Shown here in pieces: positions 25,929 to 39,730 of a stretch of 64,000 nucleotides of DNA. Position 1 is the stretch's first letter. Each line of letters opens with the position of its first letter. Origin of the DNA: Octopus vulgaris (lineage: Eukaryota). A model generated the notes under the pieces. It searched no databases, was not told the origin of the DNA, and saw only the letters and a list, made by a program, of their open reading frames with translations. The DNA is taken from contig OX597837.1 of assembly GCA_951406725.2 (NCBI GenBank), positions 2,728,001 through 2,792,000 on the forward strand, written 5' to 3'. A program made the translations under genes and the position numbers.

Positions 25929-27127
25929 CTACAATAAATGAATGAATTAATAATAATAATGATGATTTCAAATTTTGGCACAAGGCCAGCAATTTCAAGA
26001 GTGGGGGCAAGTCGATTATATCAACTCCAGTACGCAACTGGTACTTAATTTATTGACCCTGAAAGGATGAAAGGCAAAGTCGACCTCGGCAGAATTTGAA
26101 CTCAGAAAGTAAAGACATGAAATACAGCTAAGCATTTCCCCCGGCTTGCAAATGATTCTGCCAGTTTGCTGCCTTTAAATAATCCAAACATGGCTGATAC
26201 CAGATCCGCCTGACTGGCTCCCGTGCCGGCGACACGTAAAAAGCACTATCTGAATGTGATCGATGCCAGGCCCACCTGATTGGCTCCTGTGCCGGTGTCA
26301 CATAAAAAGCACACACTACATTCAGAGTGGTTGGCATTAGGAATGGCATCCAACTGTAGAAACACTGCCAAATCAGATTGAAGCAGCCACTGGCTTTCCA
26401 GCCCTGTCAGACCATCCAACCCATGCCATCATGGAAAACAGATGTTAAACGATGAAGAAAAATGATTTCAAATTTTTGCACAAAGCCAGCAATTTTCTGG
26501 GACTCCAGTAGTCAACTGGTATTCATGTTATCAACCCCAAAAGGACAAAATGTAAAGTCAACCTCTTCAGAATTTGAACCCAGAACATAAAGACCGATGA
26601 AATGGCACCAAGCATTCTGCCTGGCAGCAAACGACTCTGCTGCCCTTTTAATAATCTTTTCTACTCTAGGAATAAGGCCAGAAATTTTTGGGAAGTGGGC
26701 CAGTTGATTAGATCGACCCCAGTATGCAACTGGTACTTAATCTACCAACTCCAAAAGGATGAAAGGCAAAGTCAACCTCGGCAGAATTTGAACTCAGAAC
26801 GTAGTGACAGGCAAACGACTGCCAGATTGCTGCCCTTTCAATAATAACAATTCCAAATTCTAGCACAATGCCAGTAATGTTGAGTGGATGAGATTAGTTG
26901 GTGTCACCAACACTGGAACTTCTTTTTATTTCAAAAAATGCACTTTTATTAAATACATACAAGAACATCTAATTAATTTTGCAGTTAAAAGAAACAATTT
27001 GGAGTGGGGAGGGAGGGGGTTAAATACTAATCAAAGGGGCACAAGACAACCACAAGCAACAAACAAATTAGCAGAAAGGGCCACACGATGGATCTGCCCC
27101 ACAATAAAGCAATAAAGCAAACCTTAC

Positions 27128-27251
27128 CCTCCTTGACTCTTTGCCCACTTGACAGCTTTCTTCATCAGTTCATCGTACTCCGACATGTTAGCAGCGGCCA
27201 AGATAAGAGAAGGATTTGTAGTTGAGTCGGTTGGTTTGTATTTCTTCATTG
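27128..27251 (-). CDS. TALDO1: Transaldolase exon 2
   Basis: cacag|CAATGAAG...GGAGG|gtaag; AMKKYKPTDSTTNPSLILAAANMSEYDELMKKAVKWAKSQGG with the TTNPSL signature; 124 nt. Confidence 0.96.
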
Positions 27252-27512
27252 CTGTGACAAGAAGAAAACAAAAACAGTGAGTTTTCACAAAACACACACT
27301 CATCACTATTTCTATTAAAGTGCAACAATGAATGACAAAAACACAACTATAAGGACCGATCCTTGATGTACACCGCTTTTTCATTCCACTTTAACACACT
27401 GCTGCCAATGCAAGTCTTTATGTATATAATCTACCTGCAAGAAATAGCAGTCAAATCTCACTCAAACCACATTTTAATGTCGTAAAAATGGTCTCGTGTC
27501 AGTTCACAGCAT

Positions 27513-27560
27513 CTGTGGCTGAAGAGGAGATGACCACTCCAAAACGCATGCATCTTATAG
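27513..27560 (+). ncRNA. Degenerate type I hammerhead ribozyme motif
   Basis: ctgtgg-CTGAAGA-ggag-atgacca-ctcc-aAAAC-gcatgc-aTC-ttatag: core and three stems in the right order, with two G>A changes at former CpG sites. Confidence 0.55.
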
Positions 27561-30139
27561 TCTGGTCAGGTTGTGCTAGGCGCTGACTCACTGTATTTAC
27601 AACCTATTTGTCAACAGCAAGAAATTTCTTCCATGACAAAATACAGCGATTGGCTTTTTTATGGGTGCAAATACACCCCAAACATATCTGAACTTGCAAC
27701 AAACTTGCATTATTACATATCACCGCTAAGCACAATCACCCCATAATTACATGGGGTGATTGTGTTGAATAGCGCAACCAGTCATTAAAAGATGACAGGA
27801 ACATCAGAAGAGATTTGAACCAGTAGCAAGTTTGTATTCATACGCATCACTGCTTCGCATTGTCACCCTGCATTAAACTATCATCATCATCATTTTATGT
27901 CCACTTCCCGTGCTTGTAAGAGGCCAGACAAGTCATTGTTTATGGAGCAGAGCATTAGATCTCACTTTGTCACAGCTGGAGACTCTTCCTGAAACCAACC
28001 ACTTTGCAGAATACACTGGGTGTGTTTTATTGTGGCACCAACATAAAAGAGGTTGCCATGTCTGCTACAAAACCAAAGGCTCTTATCAACTCCTACACTC
28101 AGCAGGGTATAACAGGTATATTTTAATCATGGCAGCAGCACTAGAGAAGGTAAGAGTGAGAAAAAGGGTTTGAGGGATGGGGAGAGTGACTAATGGCTGT
28201 TGATAGCAAAAAACCAAAGAGAGTATGATATCTGGCAAGCCAGAAGAACTGCACAGAGTTCTGCTGTCTGCTTTGGAATGGTTTCTACAGTTAGAAGCCT
28301 TTCCTAATGCCACTGTGAGTCTGATGCTTCCAAACCCTGTGGTTTCAGGTTCAGTCCCACAGTAAGTGCCTTCTGCTAGAACCTAGGCTACACAAAACTT
28401 TCTTAGTGGTATCTGGTAGACAGGAACTCTAAGAAATCCACTGAGCACTTCTCTGTGCTTGTATGGGTCAGGCAGATTTTCAACAATCAGATGCCCTCCA
28501 CCACCAGCCTTTTTGCCAACCCTCACTTGTTTTGAAGTAAGGTAATATCCTTCAAGACATATTTTTGCAGAAGATTGGAAACAAGACACTGCTTGTATGA
28601 CAATGACACTCATTTACAAATATCATGCAAAGTCAAACAAAGAGATAGTAATACACACACACACACTAATGGCTAAAAACTTTTTAAAATTTATTCTATA
28701 CAAAAAAAAAAATTAAAATTAAATATGCACGTTTTTCAACTTATTTTTAATCTAGAAGTGATTCTCTCCCCTTTGTCATAAATTCACTAGCAGCAAACCA
28801 TATATAATATATACAATGGACTTCTTTCAGCTTCTGTTAACCAAATCTCCTCACAAGGCTCTGATTGGCCCAGGGTCGTGATAGAAGACATTTGCCCAAG
28901 GTGCCACACATTAAGATTGAACCCAAAACCATGAGCTGGGAAATAAAATTCTACCTTCGAAAACATGGAGTAAGAGGTGAGGGTTAGGGACATAAAGAGC
29001 ATCCAACTGTAAAACAATTCTTTAATAAAGTATCCACCTAACCCATACTAAGATGGAAAACAGACATAAAATGAACAAATAAAAACGCTTTTGCCCTTCA
29101 GCATCTGTTGAATGCTGATGGCATAAAATGCTACTAAATCCATACCTAAGCAGTTGATGATAGAAAGAGAACCCAGCCGGAAAAACTAAGGACATCCCAC
29201 CTGCCTAAAATGGGGACAACACAAGCCACAGTGAAACAGGGATAAATGAACTTATTTAATCCTGCTCCATAGTTAATTTATGTGCTGGTAGTGATGATAA
29301 AAAAAAATTAAATAAACACCCAGCCTCTGCTGTAAAGCGGTTCGTGATCAGACGAGCACCCAGTCATAAAAGCCGGATCACTCCTCATCATCATTTAACG
29401 TCCATTTCCGATGCTGGCATCAGTCGGGCAGTAGGACAGGAATTAGCAAGTTGGAAAACTGCACCAAGCTCTGCTGTGTGCTTTGCTACATTTTCTACAG
29501 TTGGATGCCCTTCCTAATGCCAACCACTCTGCAGAGTGTGGACTGGGTGCTTCTTGGATGGAACTAGGAGCTGTGAGGTCACCAAGTCACTTCCAAGATA
29601 AGGGCCCCCTCAAATGCAGGCAGGGACAATGGAACTAAAATAATGGAGATTATGAGGACTATATAACAGCCCAGTTCAGTCCAATAGGTCATACGCAAGA
29701 TGATGTTGGGGGTTAAGGAATGATTATCTACAATTCAGCCATGATCAGCAACATTTTGTGTCGAAGCCAGGCTTGCATGGCTCAGACATATCACAATGCA
29801 GCCCTGCTCAAAGTTACTTCTCTCATCTAAACAGACCGAGTTTTACACCTCACCCATACATTCCTTCTGGGTATGGATCCTCTGGCTGAATGCCATCCCT
29901 AACGTCAACCACTCAACAGAAAATAATGGATATATTTTATGATGGCACTAACCCTAAAGGGGTTGTCGTTCTCAGTAAGAGTCTTTTCTGCTGCAAGTTT
30001 GTTCCAATCATTCACTAACCAGTTTACAGAATGTACTGGGTACATTTTATCATAGCACCAACACCAGAGAGAGATGCCATCTCCCTCAGTAAGACCAAAC
30101 AGTGCTGTGCCCTATGTCATAGGGTAGAGAGGACTTATA

Positions 30140-30450
30140 TCTAGCATACCGTAGTTCAACAGGAATTGTAACATGGGACAATCAAATGCCTTGGAGAAAT
30201 CCACAACTACAAGTATTTCAAAGTCAACAAGACTGGCCTTCTTTAGGGTATGTGTTGAGGGCATTCGTCTCTATGGGACTGAAACCTGGGCTAAGAAGTA
30301 TCAGCTTCAAAACTGCTCTGATGATACATAGACTAGGCATCTCATGAGGGCTCAAACAATCTCAGGGGCCGAGCTCAAGACCAAAGATGAGATTTATGGG
30401 TACATTTCACTCATATCTACTTTGCTCCTCAACACAGGGTTATTGGTGGC
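30140..30450 (+). mobile_element. Decayed RTE LINE fragment
   Basis: FR.CVE.I.LYGTETW and ctcatgagggctcaaacaatctc; same family as 44352-44680. Confidence 0.55.
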
Positions 30451-31025
30451 TACCGTTATTTGTCCAGTCCATGCCAGCATGGAGAACGCATGTTAAATGA
30501 TGATGCCATCATGCTGAACATAAAGCCGTACCAAATCTGCACAAAGACCACTCAACAATTCCTTACACAATCTGAAACCGAGGACTCATGAAAGCTAATG
30601 AAGAAACGGAGATCCCTGACATAGCGACATTCGTGTTGACGAATTAATGCAAATGAAGCAAATTAATGCAAAACGGGAACAAAAAAACTTATTGAATAAT
30701 ATTCTCATTCGTAATTCTGTAATTTACTGCTTTCAAAATTTTGCACACACACAGCTCCCTAAATTTATATTCAACTGTTTATTTTTAATTCAATTTGTTC
30801 ACCTAACGGAATCAAATCAGTTATAGGAACAACTGGCTTTTTATTTAATCTTCAAAAGTGATATTACTTTAGAAAGGGGAGCGAAAATTAATGAAGCAAT
30901 GAATTAGTAAAAAACAAAGAAATAAGGAAGCGTGAAAAAGAAGAAAAAAATTGAAAACTTCTTGGAAGTGTTTCATGACAAGGTAGACAACTCTTTTTGG
31001 ACTGTGGGAACTATGTATGTATGTA

Positions 31026-31245
31026 GAGGGTGGGGCAGGGAGGACGGACGTTTTTGAAAAGGCTATTACTCAGCCCCAGGGGGAGGGACATGTTCGACAG
31101 ATACCATTCGGTCCGTGGTATCTTAGCATTTTTTTTTTCAGGCGAAGCCATGGCGCTGTGGACGATAGAGAATCACGTGTTTGCCTACGACAGTTACGTG
31201 AAGAACAATGAGTCTGTCACAGCAGTTCGGCGTGAGTTTGTATGT
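31026..31245 (+). mobile_element. Tc1/mariner 5' end with transposase N-terminus
   Basis: TA + gagggtggggca TIR-like start; MALWTIENHVFAYDSYVKNNESVTAVRREF is typical of the start of a mariner-family HTH. Confidence 0.6.
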
Positions 31246-33451
31246 AGATAATTATTGGAGCCCTGAGATGAGAAAGTCAATTCGAAGACTACAGATCCAA
31301 TCCATCACTGGAACTGTAAAAGTCTGTAAAACTTTCCAGGAGTTTATCATTTAAATATACACGAACATGTCAAGATATGCAAGTATATGCATGAGAATGT
31401 ATACATAAAACAAAGCAAACAAATCTGCGTACATACATACAAACACACCCTATTGCTGATGTTCAAATTCCAATGAAGGAGCCTTGGAGCTAGGTTAGAA
31501 ACCAGTTCTTTTTCTATTGGCAAGAAATCTTGAAATAAAACTGAACAATGGCATTCATACATACATTTGTGTCTGTGTATACACACACACGGAAGTTGGG
31601 ATCAGTGATATAAAAAGGATATGAACTTAAGATGTTATTTTTAAACAATGAAATTCCTCCTGAATGGGTCTACTGTAACAATGTAATAAGTCATACACTC
31701 AAAGGGATTGGGTGGCTTGGCACTCAGAGTAGGAGAGTAGGAAAGAATAGGCAAACGGATTTAAAAATACAGACATAAGATATACACAAACACACACAGA
31801 CATATCAACACATTATACATATCCCGTGCCGGTGGCACGTAAAAGCACCCACTACACTCTCGGAGTGGTTGGCGTTAGGAAGGGCATCCAGCTGTAGAAA
31901 CACTGCCAGAACAGATTGAGCCGCAGCCTTCTGGCTCACCACTCCTCAATCAAACCGCATGGAAAGCGGACGTTAAACGATGATGATGATATATAAGTCT
32001 ATAAATAATATGGGTGACCTTAGGTTGTTAAATTGCTAATAATCCTCACACATACATATATATTACATACAGGGAAACAGGACATAGAGATAAGCACACC
32101 CAAAGACGGACATACAAACACAGGACATAACACACCTCAACAAACAAGTGAGGAAGGGTTAGAATCGAGATAAGAGGTTTTACCTCTATCATAGGATGAG
32201 CTTACAAGACACACACATCGACAGAAGCACACAACTATAAGCGCATCCGCACGCACACACATGTTTATATACAGGCCATATATACACGCGCAAATAACAC
32301 ACACGCATAAATTATATGGACTTGTTCATATACAAACACATACAGTGTATATATATATAAATATACATACATCTAGGCACACTAGCACACGCAGAAATGT
32401 AAATATACACACCCATATAAACACATATACACATTCCTAAGAGATACACATACAGCAAATCGAAAATCTATCTCAGAGAATACACCCACGATATCTGATC
32501 ATTCGATCTGCTAAAAATAGCAGTTAAATCTCCTTCAAAGCAAATACCATTTTCTAAAAGGGAAGGACACATTGAATAACATAGTCCTAGATACATTGTT
32601 CCGAATTTTATTGACGGTTATAACCATACTGTCTCCTCTACAAAGGTTATAAAGTATATTATAAATATACTTTATTTCTACAGGTTTATATACAGTGTAA
32701 ATTGTACGCAAGACCGGTGGACTGACAGAAGTGTGAAGGTGTCGGGTTAAAGGTGATGTCTGGTACCTTGCATTCTGAGTTCAAATGCCGACAGGGTTGA
32801 CTAATCATTTCATCCTTTAGTGGATCGATAAAATAAATACCAGTCGAGTACTGATATCGACGTGATCGGCTTCCCCATCACTCGAAATTGCTGGGTTTAT
32901 ATAGAAAGTATTCTTCCGAATGCCATACCAATATCTATCTATGTCGGTGGCGGACAAGTTCGAATGTCAGACTAAATATATACCATACAGCATATCCTCT
33001 GATTCATTCTCAGTTCAAATCCCGCCATGGTCTACTAGGGTGATAGTCTTAATCGGTCACCCGGTTTAATATCAACAGCCGGTGGAACCTTGGAGTGATA
33101 TCGGAGTCCACTCTATTGCAAGCATTGGGGCCTGGCCTTCGATTCAAGGACACCTCCCTCCTGACTAAAAGATTTCTTTTCAATCGTATTTTTTCTAGCA
33201 TGTATAACATATAGACGTAAAAACGAAACGAAATAACTGCATTCACCCTTCACCAATGACACAGACTGTGAACTTGACTGTGCTCCAGTGTTGTCTTAAG
33301 ACATGAGTCCCACGGGTCTATGGACCCGATTCTGATTTGTGTCTTGTGGTTTATTTGTCAATAAATACAATAGGGCCCAATGGATTTGCTGAAGGGTTTA
33401 TAGTGCTAAGATGTCCCTCCTGTATTCATGTTACATAGTCTAAAAGGGGGT

Positions 33452-33924
33452 GGCAAGACTTCCTTTTGTACCCCCCTCAAAAAAATACCCCCTTTTTTTA
33501 TTTAATTTTTTTTTACACAAACCCCCGTTTTCGGCTACGGAGAATACAAATGTGCAAAAAATTGTTAAAAATCGGTATTTTGAAATTACCCCTACACACA
33601 CACCACCCCAAATTCTTCATTTTAAAGTGTTTTCAGAAACTTTTGTTTTTCAAAATACGCGGGAAAATACGGAGATAATGATTCTGAAAAAAATTTACAA
33701 TACTTTTTCTGGTCAGGGTTGGGGATTAGGGTTACGGAAAAAAGTGAAAAATGAAGAAACGGAGGGGGAATGAGTAAGCGGAGAGGCAAAAAATTTCAAA
33801 ATCCCGATTTTTGGCAATTTTCCGGAATCTCCGTATCCGAAAAGGTGGGTTTTTAGCAAAAAAAAAAATTTTTTTAAACACAATAATGAGCGAGAAAATG
33901 GCGGGGGCGGGAAGAAGTCTTTCC
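33452..33924. mobile_element. MITE, Merlin-like (GG...CC ends, 8-bp TSD)
   Basis: TIR ggcaagacttc / gaagtctttcc; flanks aagggggt / aaaggggt; internal ttagggtt. Confidence 0.6.
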
Positions 33925-34781
33925 AAAGGGGTGCATACCCTGTGGTGATACCCAGTAACAAAGGCTAAACTTGTACGGTAATGCAATTACTACTTCACCC
34001 CATCGAAGTTGGGGTGAAACAGTAACTGCTTCAAACTGATCTAGAATTGTATTTTTCTTTTTTTAACCATAAAATACCCTAAATTACGTTATCCAACTCG
34101 TTCTCTCTTTATTTGCTTTTTTTTTTTTTTTTTTTTTTTACGAAATGTCATTTGAAGGACACTTGACTGCTATTTTTAAGAAATAGAGCAACCACATAGA
34201 GGCCCGATATGGCAGTCGATACGGTGTAAAGCCCGATATGTTACCCGAGCAAATGTTCGATGGCAACAAGCCATATATGATTTCAATGAGAATATACCCG
34301 GGGTGGCACACAATAATCCCAGTTAAACTCGTTCCACACGGCACATTCTTCCTACGTCATGCACAGTGAAGCAGTGGTGGCTTTTCTTTTATTTATTAAA
34401 CCTCCAAATCAACCTGATCAGCTCTGGGTTTTAGCATATCGTTGACTACATTTTAAAAAGCGATATGGCTAGACTTTATTTGAGGTAAATTTGGCTCACC
34501 TAAAATCTTATGCAATATCTGGTGGACGAAACGTACCGTGGAGGTGCGACTTATAACACCTCATTTAAATCATTCTAACTTATTTGTTGTCCCGTCACAA
34601 ACAAGTAACCGGAACAATGAGCTTTAAAATTATCCCGTAACTCGAGTCTACCACAATTAACAGCTTACTTATTTCCTCTCATTATAAAATTTCTCTTTAT
34701 ACACACATATTATGTACGCACATATAAACACATACCTACGTAATAATAACAATCGCTTTGTTGGACTTGATTCAACGCAAG

Positions 34782-34839
<58 letters not shown>

Positions 34840-35165
34840 AGGGAGAGAGAGCGCGCGTGTGTTTGAATGTAAACTCTATAATTAAGTTCATTCCATGGTT
34901 TTCACGACGAAGGTATTCCAATGAATAGCAACGAATATAAAATAGAGGTACGGGAGTTGGGTGTGTGTGTGTATATTACTCTTACTCTTTTACTTGCTTC
35001 AGTCATGTGACTGCGGCCATGCTGGAGCACCGCCTTTAGTCGAGCAAATCGACCCACAGGACTTATTATTTGTAAGCCTAGTACTTATTCTACCGGTCTC
35101 TTTTGCCGAACCGCTAAGTTGGAGGGGACAAACACAGACACATACACAGCGGTTCGGCAAAAGAG

Positions 35166-35197
<32 letters not shown>

Positions 35198-38178
35198 GAC
35201 GGGCTTCTTTCAGTTTCCGTCTACCAAATCCACTCACAAGGCTTTGGTCGGCCCGAAGACACTTGCCCAAGGTGCCACGCAGTGGGATTGAACCCGGAAC
35301 CATGTGGTTCGTAAGCAAACTACTTACCACACGCATCTTCGTATAAACAACTTGCACAGAATACTTTCACATTTCGTTTATAAATTCAAACGTCTGTGTG
35401 AATATGTGTGCGCGCACACACACACAGCTAGGTTGGGTCGCTCGGAATTTAGTTAACAAGGCCCTGAATATAAAGCCTGATATTGTTCACATAAAATCTA
35501 AGGGGTCCAAAAGAAAGTTTAGTAATTCCTTACAAAACACCAGAAATTCTACAGCAACTCATAACTGGAAACTCAAAGCCAATAAGAGAGGACCACTAGA
35601 TGGTATTTCGTTCTGCTAAAAACAACAGACAACTCTCTTTCAGAGGAAGGACATAGGATAATGTTGTCTGGGATAAATTAAATTCAGAAGGCTGGGACTG
35701 TCACGGTTAGAGTGTCTTTGAGAGTTAGACCTGCTCAACCAAGAATGATCCTCGGGCTAAACAACCATTAAGAAAATGGAACGGTAGATCCCAATAAAAT
35801 CCATCATGCTATTTAGGGATCTCCTTCCTCCCAAAGGTTTCGTCTCCCTACACCTGTTTTCCACGGGACACGTGTCTTCGCACACAGCAAACGACTGAGA
35901 TTTTCAATTAGAAGTCCCACACAACAAGGAAAAGAACAAAAAGGGTTGTTTTTCCTTCATGTTTTTTTTTTTGCTTGTAATTTTTTTTTTTCATTATTCC
36001 CGCATTTCATACAACAAAAATTGGTAAGGTTTCGTTTTATGATCACAAAATGAAAGTGAAAAATTATTGTATGTATTAAATGGGTATTAACATGATGTTT
36101 TTTCTTTTTTTTTCTTTTTCAAAATCATATAATCCCCGTATTCTTAAAGGTGGAATCCTCCACCACCATCATCATCCTTCAAATACAAAAACCAAAATTA
36201 GTTTTAAAAAGTTAGTTGAGGAAAATTAATAATTTGAAACCTGCTTTTTTAAGAGAAGTGGAAGTAAAATCGAAGTGTCTTTTACTGAAAACGCGGAAAT
36301 CCGAAGAGATTTTTTGAAAGAAAAAAGTGAAGGAAGGTGCCTAATGGACATATCTACCTGAACATTATGATTAGCGGCATTGCATCCGTCTTTACGTTTC
36401 GAGTTCAAATTACGCCGAGGTCGACTTCCATCCTTTCGGGGCCGATAAAATAAGTACCAGTTGAGTACTGGGGTCGATGCCAATGTAATCGACTTACTCC
36501 CCACCCACTTCCTCGAAATTACTGGACTTGTAATCTGTCGAGCGTTTACAAGGCGGAGTTTCAAGAAGAGCCATCGTTTCCTCGTAGGGAAGGAAAGGGA
36601 CATGCCTCGGTTTTATGCAATAGAAATTGCAATTTTGAAAGAACTATTTTTCTTTTTGTTCCCTAGAAATTCAATTTTCATATTTTGCTCTCCCTTTTCG
36701 TTTCCCCAAGGTCGCGGAGGCGCATAACTTAATGGTTAGGGCAAGGGTTTCTAAAGTGGTCGATATCGATCCCTGGTGGCGATGTGGCTATTCAAAGGGG
36801 TCGATAAATGCACATCTACTTAATTATTATTTATTTATTTTCTTGTGCATGTCTGGGGGTGGTCTTGGAAGTTTGGGGACCCCTGGGTTAGAGTGTTGGA
36901 CTCGTGATTGTAAGATAGCGGTTTCGATTCCTAAATCGACCAGTGCGTTGAGTTCTTGAGCAAAATACTTCTTTTCACATTGCTCCAATTTATTCGGCTT
37001 ACAAAAAAAGAAATAATCCTGCGATGGAATGGCGTATCGTCCAGGGAGGAATATATACGCTACAGAAACCGAGAAACCATCACTTAGGAAGAAGATTTAT
37101 CCCCACCCTTCTGCCCTTTTTTTCTTCTTAGCTATTCCGAGAGATTTCTTCCAAAAGTTCCAGGTTCAAATATGAGCCGCCCTTCCAGCATTTCGTTACC
37201 TTTTCCTTTCCTAACAGGTATAAAACTTCTAATTCGAAATTCCCTGCTAGTATTCTAGGTAAAATAATCCATTCGGGCATCTTCTTACATTCTCCGTCTC
37301 TGCAATGAGTTTTCCCACGATTTCAGTGGATTCAAGACTAGTAAAACAAACTGATCGTATACGCCCGAGATTGACTCGAACTCAGAACCTCATGGTTGCC
37401 AAACAAACTTCTTAACCACTCGGTCATTCATTCTCCCTAAATCAAATCAACGAGTAGAGCCTCAATGTAGCCATTCAGCTTGCTAGAAATAACAGCCAAA
37501 TTTCCCTTAAAATCAAATCCTAACATAAAATTAAGGGATACACTGAATAATGCAGTCCTGGATGCATCGTCTAAGAAAAAGCCGTACCGTCACGATCGGA
37601 ACGTCTTCGTCCATAGGTCTACTGGATCAGGGGTGGCCTGGGGTTAAACAACATTATTAAAACATGTGCACCACCAAGTGTTATAATGAAGAAGCAGTAT
37701 TCCTATACAATAGAGTCGGAAATTATCGAATGCGTCACAAACTGTCGTCTTTTTTTTTTCTGGTTCACGCACCAAACTTTACGAATCTGTGAATAAATTT
37801 TTTTGGCGGGGTTAGAGTTCTGCCCCACCCCATCTCTTGAGTTTTAACTTTTTTTTTTCAGATTTATATTAAGTTTTAAAAGTGGACTTTCGGAATAAAG
37901 TAACACAAAATAACGAGAAAGAAAATATATGTCATTTCAGCGGTGGTTTCTGTTCCAAACGTACGATGACTGGAGGGGGCAAATTACAGAGATGTAATTT
38001 TTAAGGAGCGACGTTTCCTTCAACCATTGTTTTGAAATGTGGATATACAAAAAAACAAAAAAAGGGGAAAACAGAAATTCCAACTTATGGGAAAGTCCGC
38101 CCAATTCCACCCATGTTCATCACCACCAGAAAATATTCACCAAAAAATCTCCTATACTCAAAACAGAGAGATCAGGAG

Positions 38179-38755
38179 AAATTAAGGTTTTTAGAGCTTT
38201 AGATAATTTTTGACGCTATTGTACAGGAATACCAAGGAAAGTTCTCTGTGACGGCGAGAAACATCGGTAACGGCTACTTCAAATTATACTTTTACTCCCT
38301 CAAATAACGAAATACAACCAAGAATACATCGGAAAATATTGTCCTAAATGTCAAAATGGAACGATCACGGTTGAAATATCTGGTTTCCTCAATCAGAATC
38401 GACCCGGACCAAAATGCATCTATATATTCATAATGCCTTCTTTTATTGGCGACAAGGACCCAAAAGATTCGTAATCCACGATGTTTAAAAACACACATCC
38501 GAAGAAATTAAGGCTTTTGGCGCTGTAGGTTTAATTTCTGACTCTATTGTATAAGAATACCAAAGAAGCTTCTACGTGGTCGCTAGAAACTGCAGTAATA
38601 ATCCTTCCAAATTATACATAACTACCTTAAATAAGGAAACACACCAAGAACATATTGGATAATAATGATGCTGTCCTAAATATGTCAAGACGTGGTGGTC
38701 ACGGTTGAAATATTTTTGGTCATAAGATTTTCTCAGGACAAACCCGGAGCTAAAC
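38179..38755. repeat. Old ~325-bp tandem duplication
   Basis: aaattaagg..tttt...gaataccaa.gaa...caaattatac...tgtcctaaat...tcacggttgaaatat occurs at about 38179-38420 and 38504-38755. Confidence 0.7.
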
Positions 38756-39309
38756 AATATGTACATATTCATGACACACCTACACACAAGAAAAATCTTA
38801 TTGCAAAATATACACACACACACCACAATACAACACCATGTGAGTCTGTGTCGATGCGTGCGAGTGTATATAAATAATTTATACACATTTAATTCCAAGC
38901 CGAGGCACCGACGACCACCTCTACTGCCACCGTCACTATACACTGTTTGTGCTCCAGTTGTGGTGGTTGTTCTGATTTAGCCCCGGGCCAGGTCTGACTG
39001 AGCACAGCTATGGCCAAAAGGTTTTCAATTAAGGCCATAAATTATTTATTTATTTATTCTACAGACAGGTGATTAAATTAGCCAGGCGTAAATTAAAGAT
39101 TTCTTTTTTAGCTGCTATTTCTATAAGACCGCGGCCGTGCAGAGGGAATCCGTTCTCGTGAAACTTAGATTAGCGAGGGACGAAGGGAAAACGGTTTCGA
39201 GTGGGAAAAACGAAGACGAGAGAGCATTCCGAGATTCCAGAATGTAGGTTCCAGTTCCATCTTTTCCGTTTTCTACCTGAGGTCGTTGTTTACGCACAAA
39301 CACAAGATT

Positions 39310-39600
39310 ATTCTAAACACACGCACATAATATAAACATACCTATAAATATACGCACACATAAATAATATACACACGCAAGCACACGTATAATACGCACA
39401 CGCATATATAAATATATTCACTCAGACATACACACACGCACATACATATAAACGTATACACATATATGCACACACATACACACACGCGCTCAAATATACA
39501 CAAATACTCTCACATACACGCGCACACATGAATACACATAATAACATGTATATATACACACACATCTATCCATATATATATATATACACACACATAGGTA
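39310..39600. repeat. (CA/TA)-rich low-complexity tract
   Basis: Alternating purine-pyrimidine sequence at the start of transaldolase intron 1. Confidence 0.85.
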
Positions 39601-39636
39601 GAGCTAGACATAGAGACATGAAGCAAGGCGGCTTAC

Positions 39637-39730
39637 CGTGAAAGTCGCCGGTGTCCGCCACTACAATCGTCTTTTCTTTCAATTGATCGAGGACAGATTT
39701 CGAAGTTTTCTTCACATCAGGCTCAGCCAT
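39637..39730 (-). CDS. TALDO1: Transaldolase exon 1 (coding part)
   Basis: ATG GCT GAG...TTT CAC G|gtaag; MAEPDVKKTSKSVLDQLKEKTIVVADTGDFH; 94 nt. The nine exons sum to 990 nt = 329 aa plus stop. Confidence 0.95.

Noticed and set aside
34140-34380. CpG-rich unique segment in transaldolase intron 1, as a possible exon or ncRNA
   Set aside because: No convincing ORF homology, splice pair or structure by eye; a conservation search would be needed.
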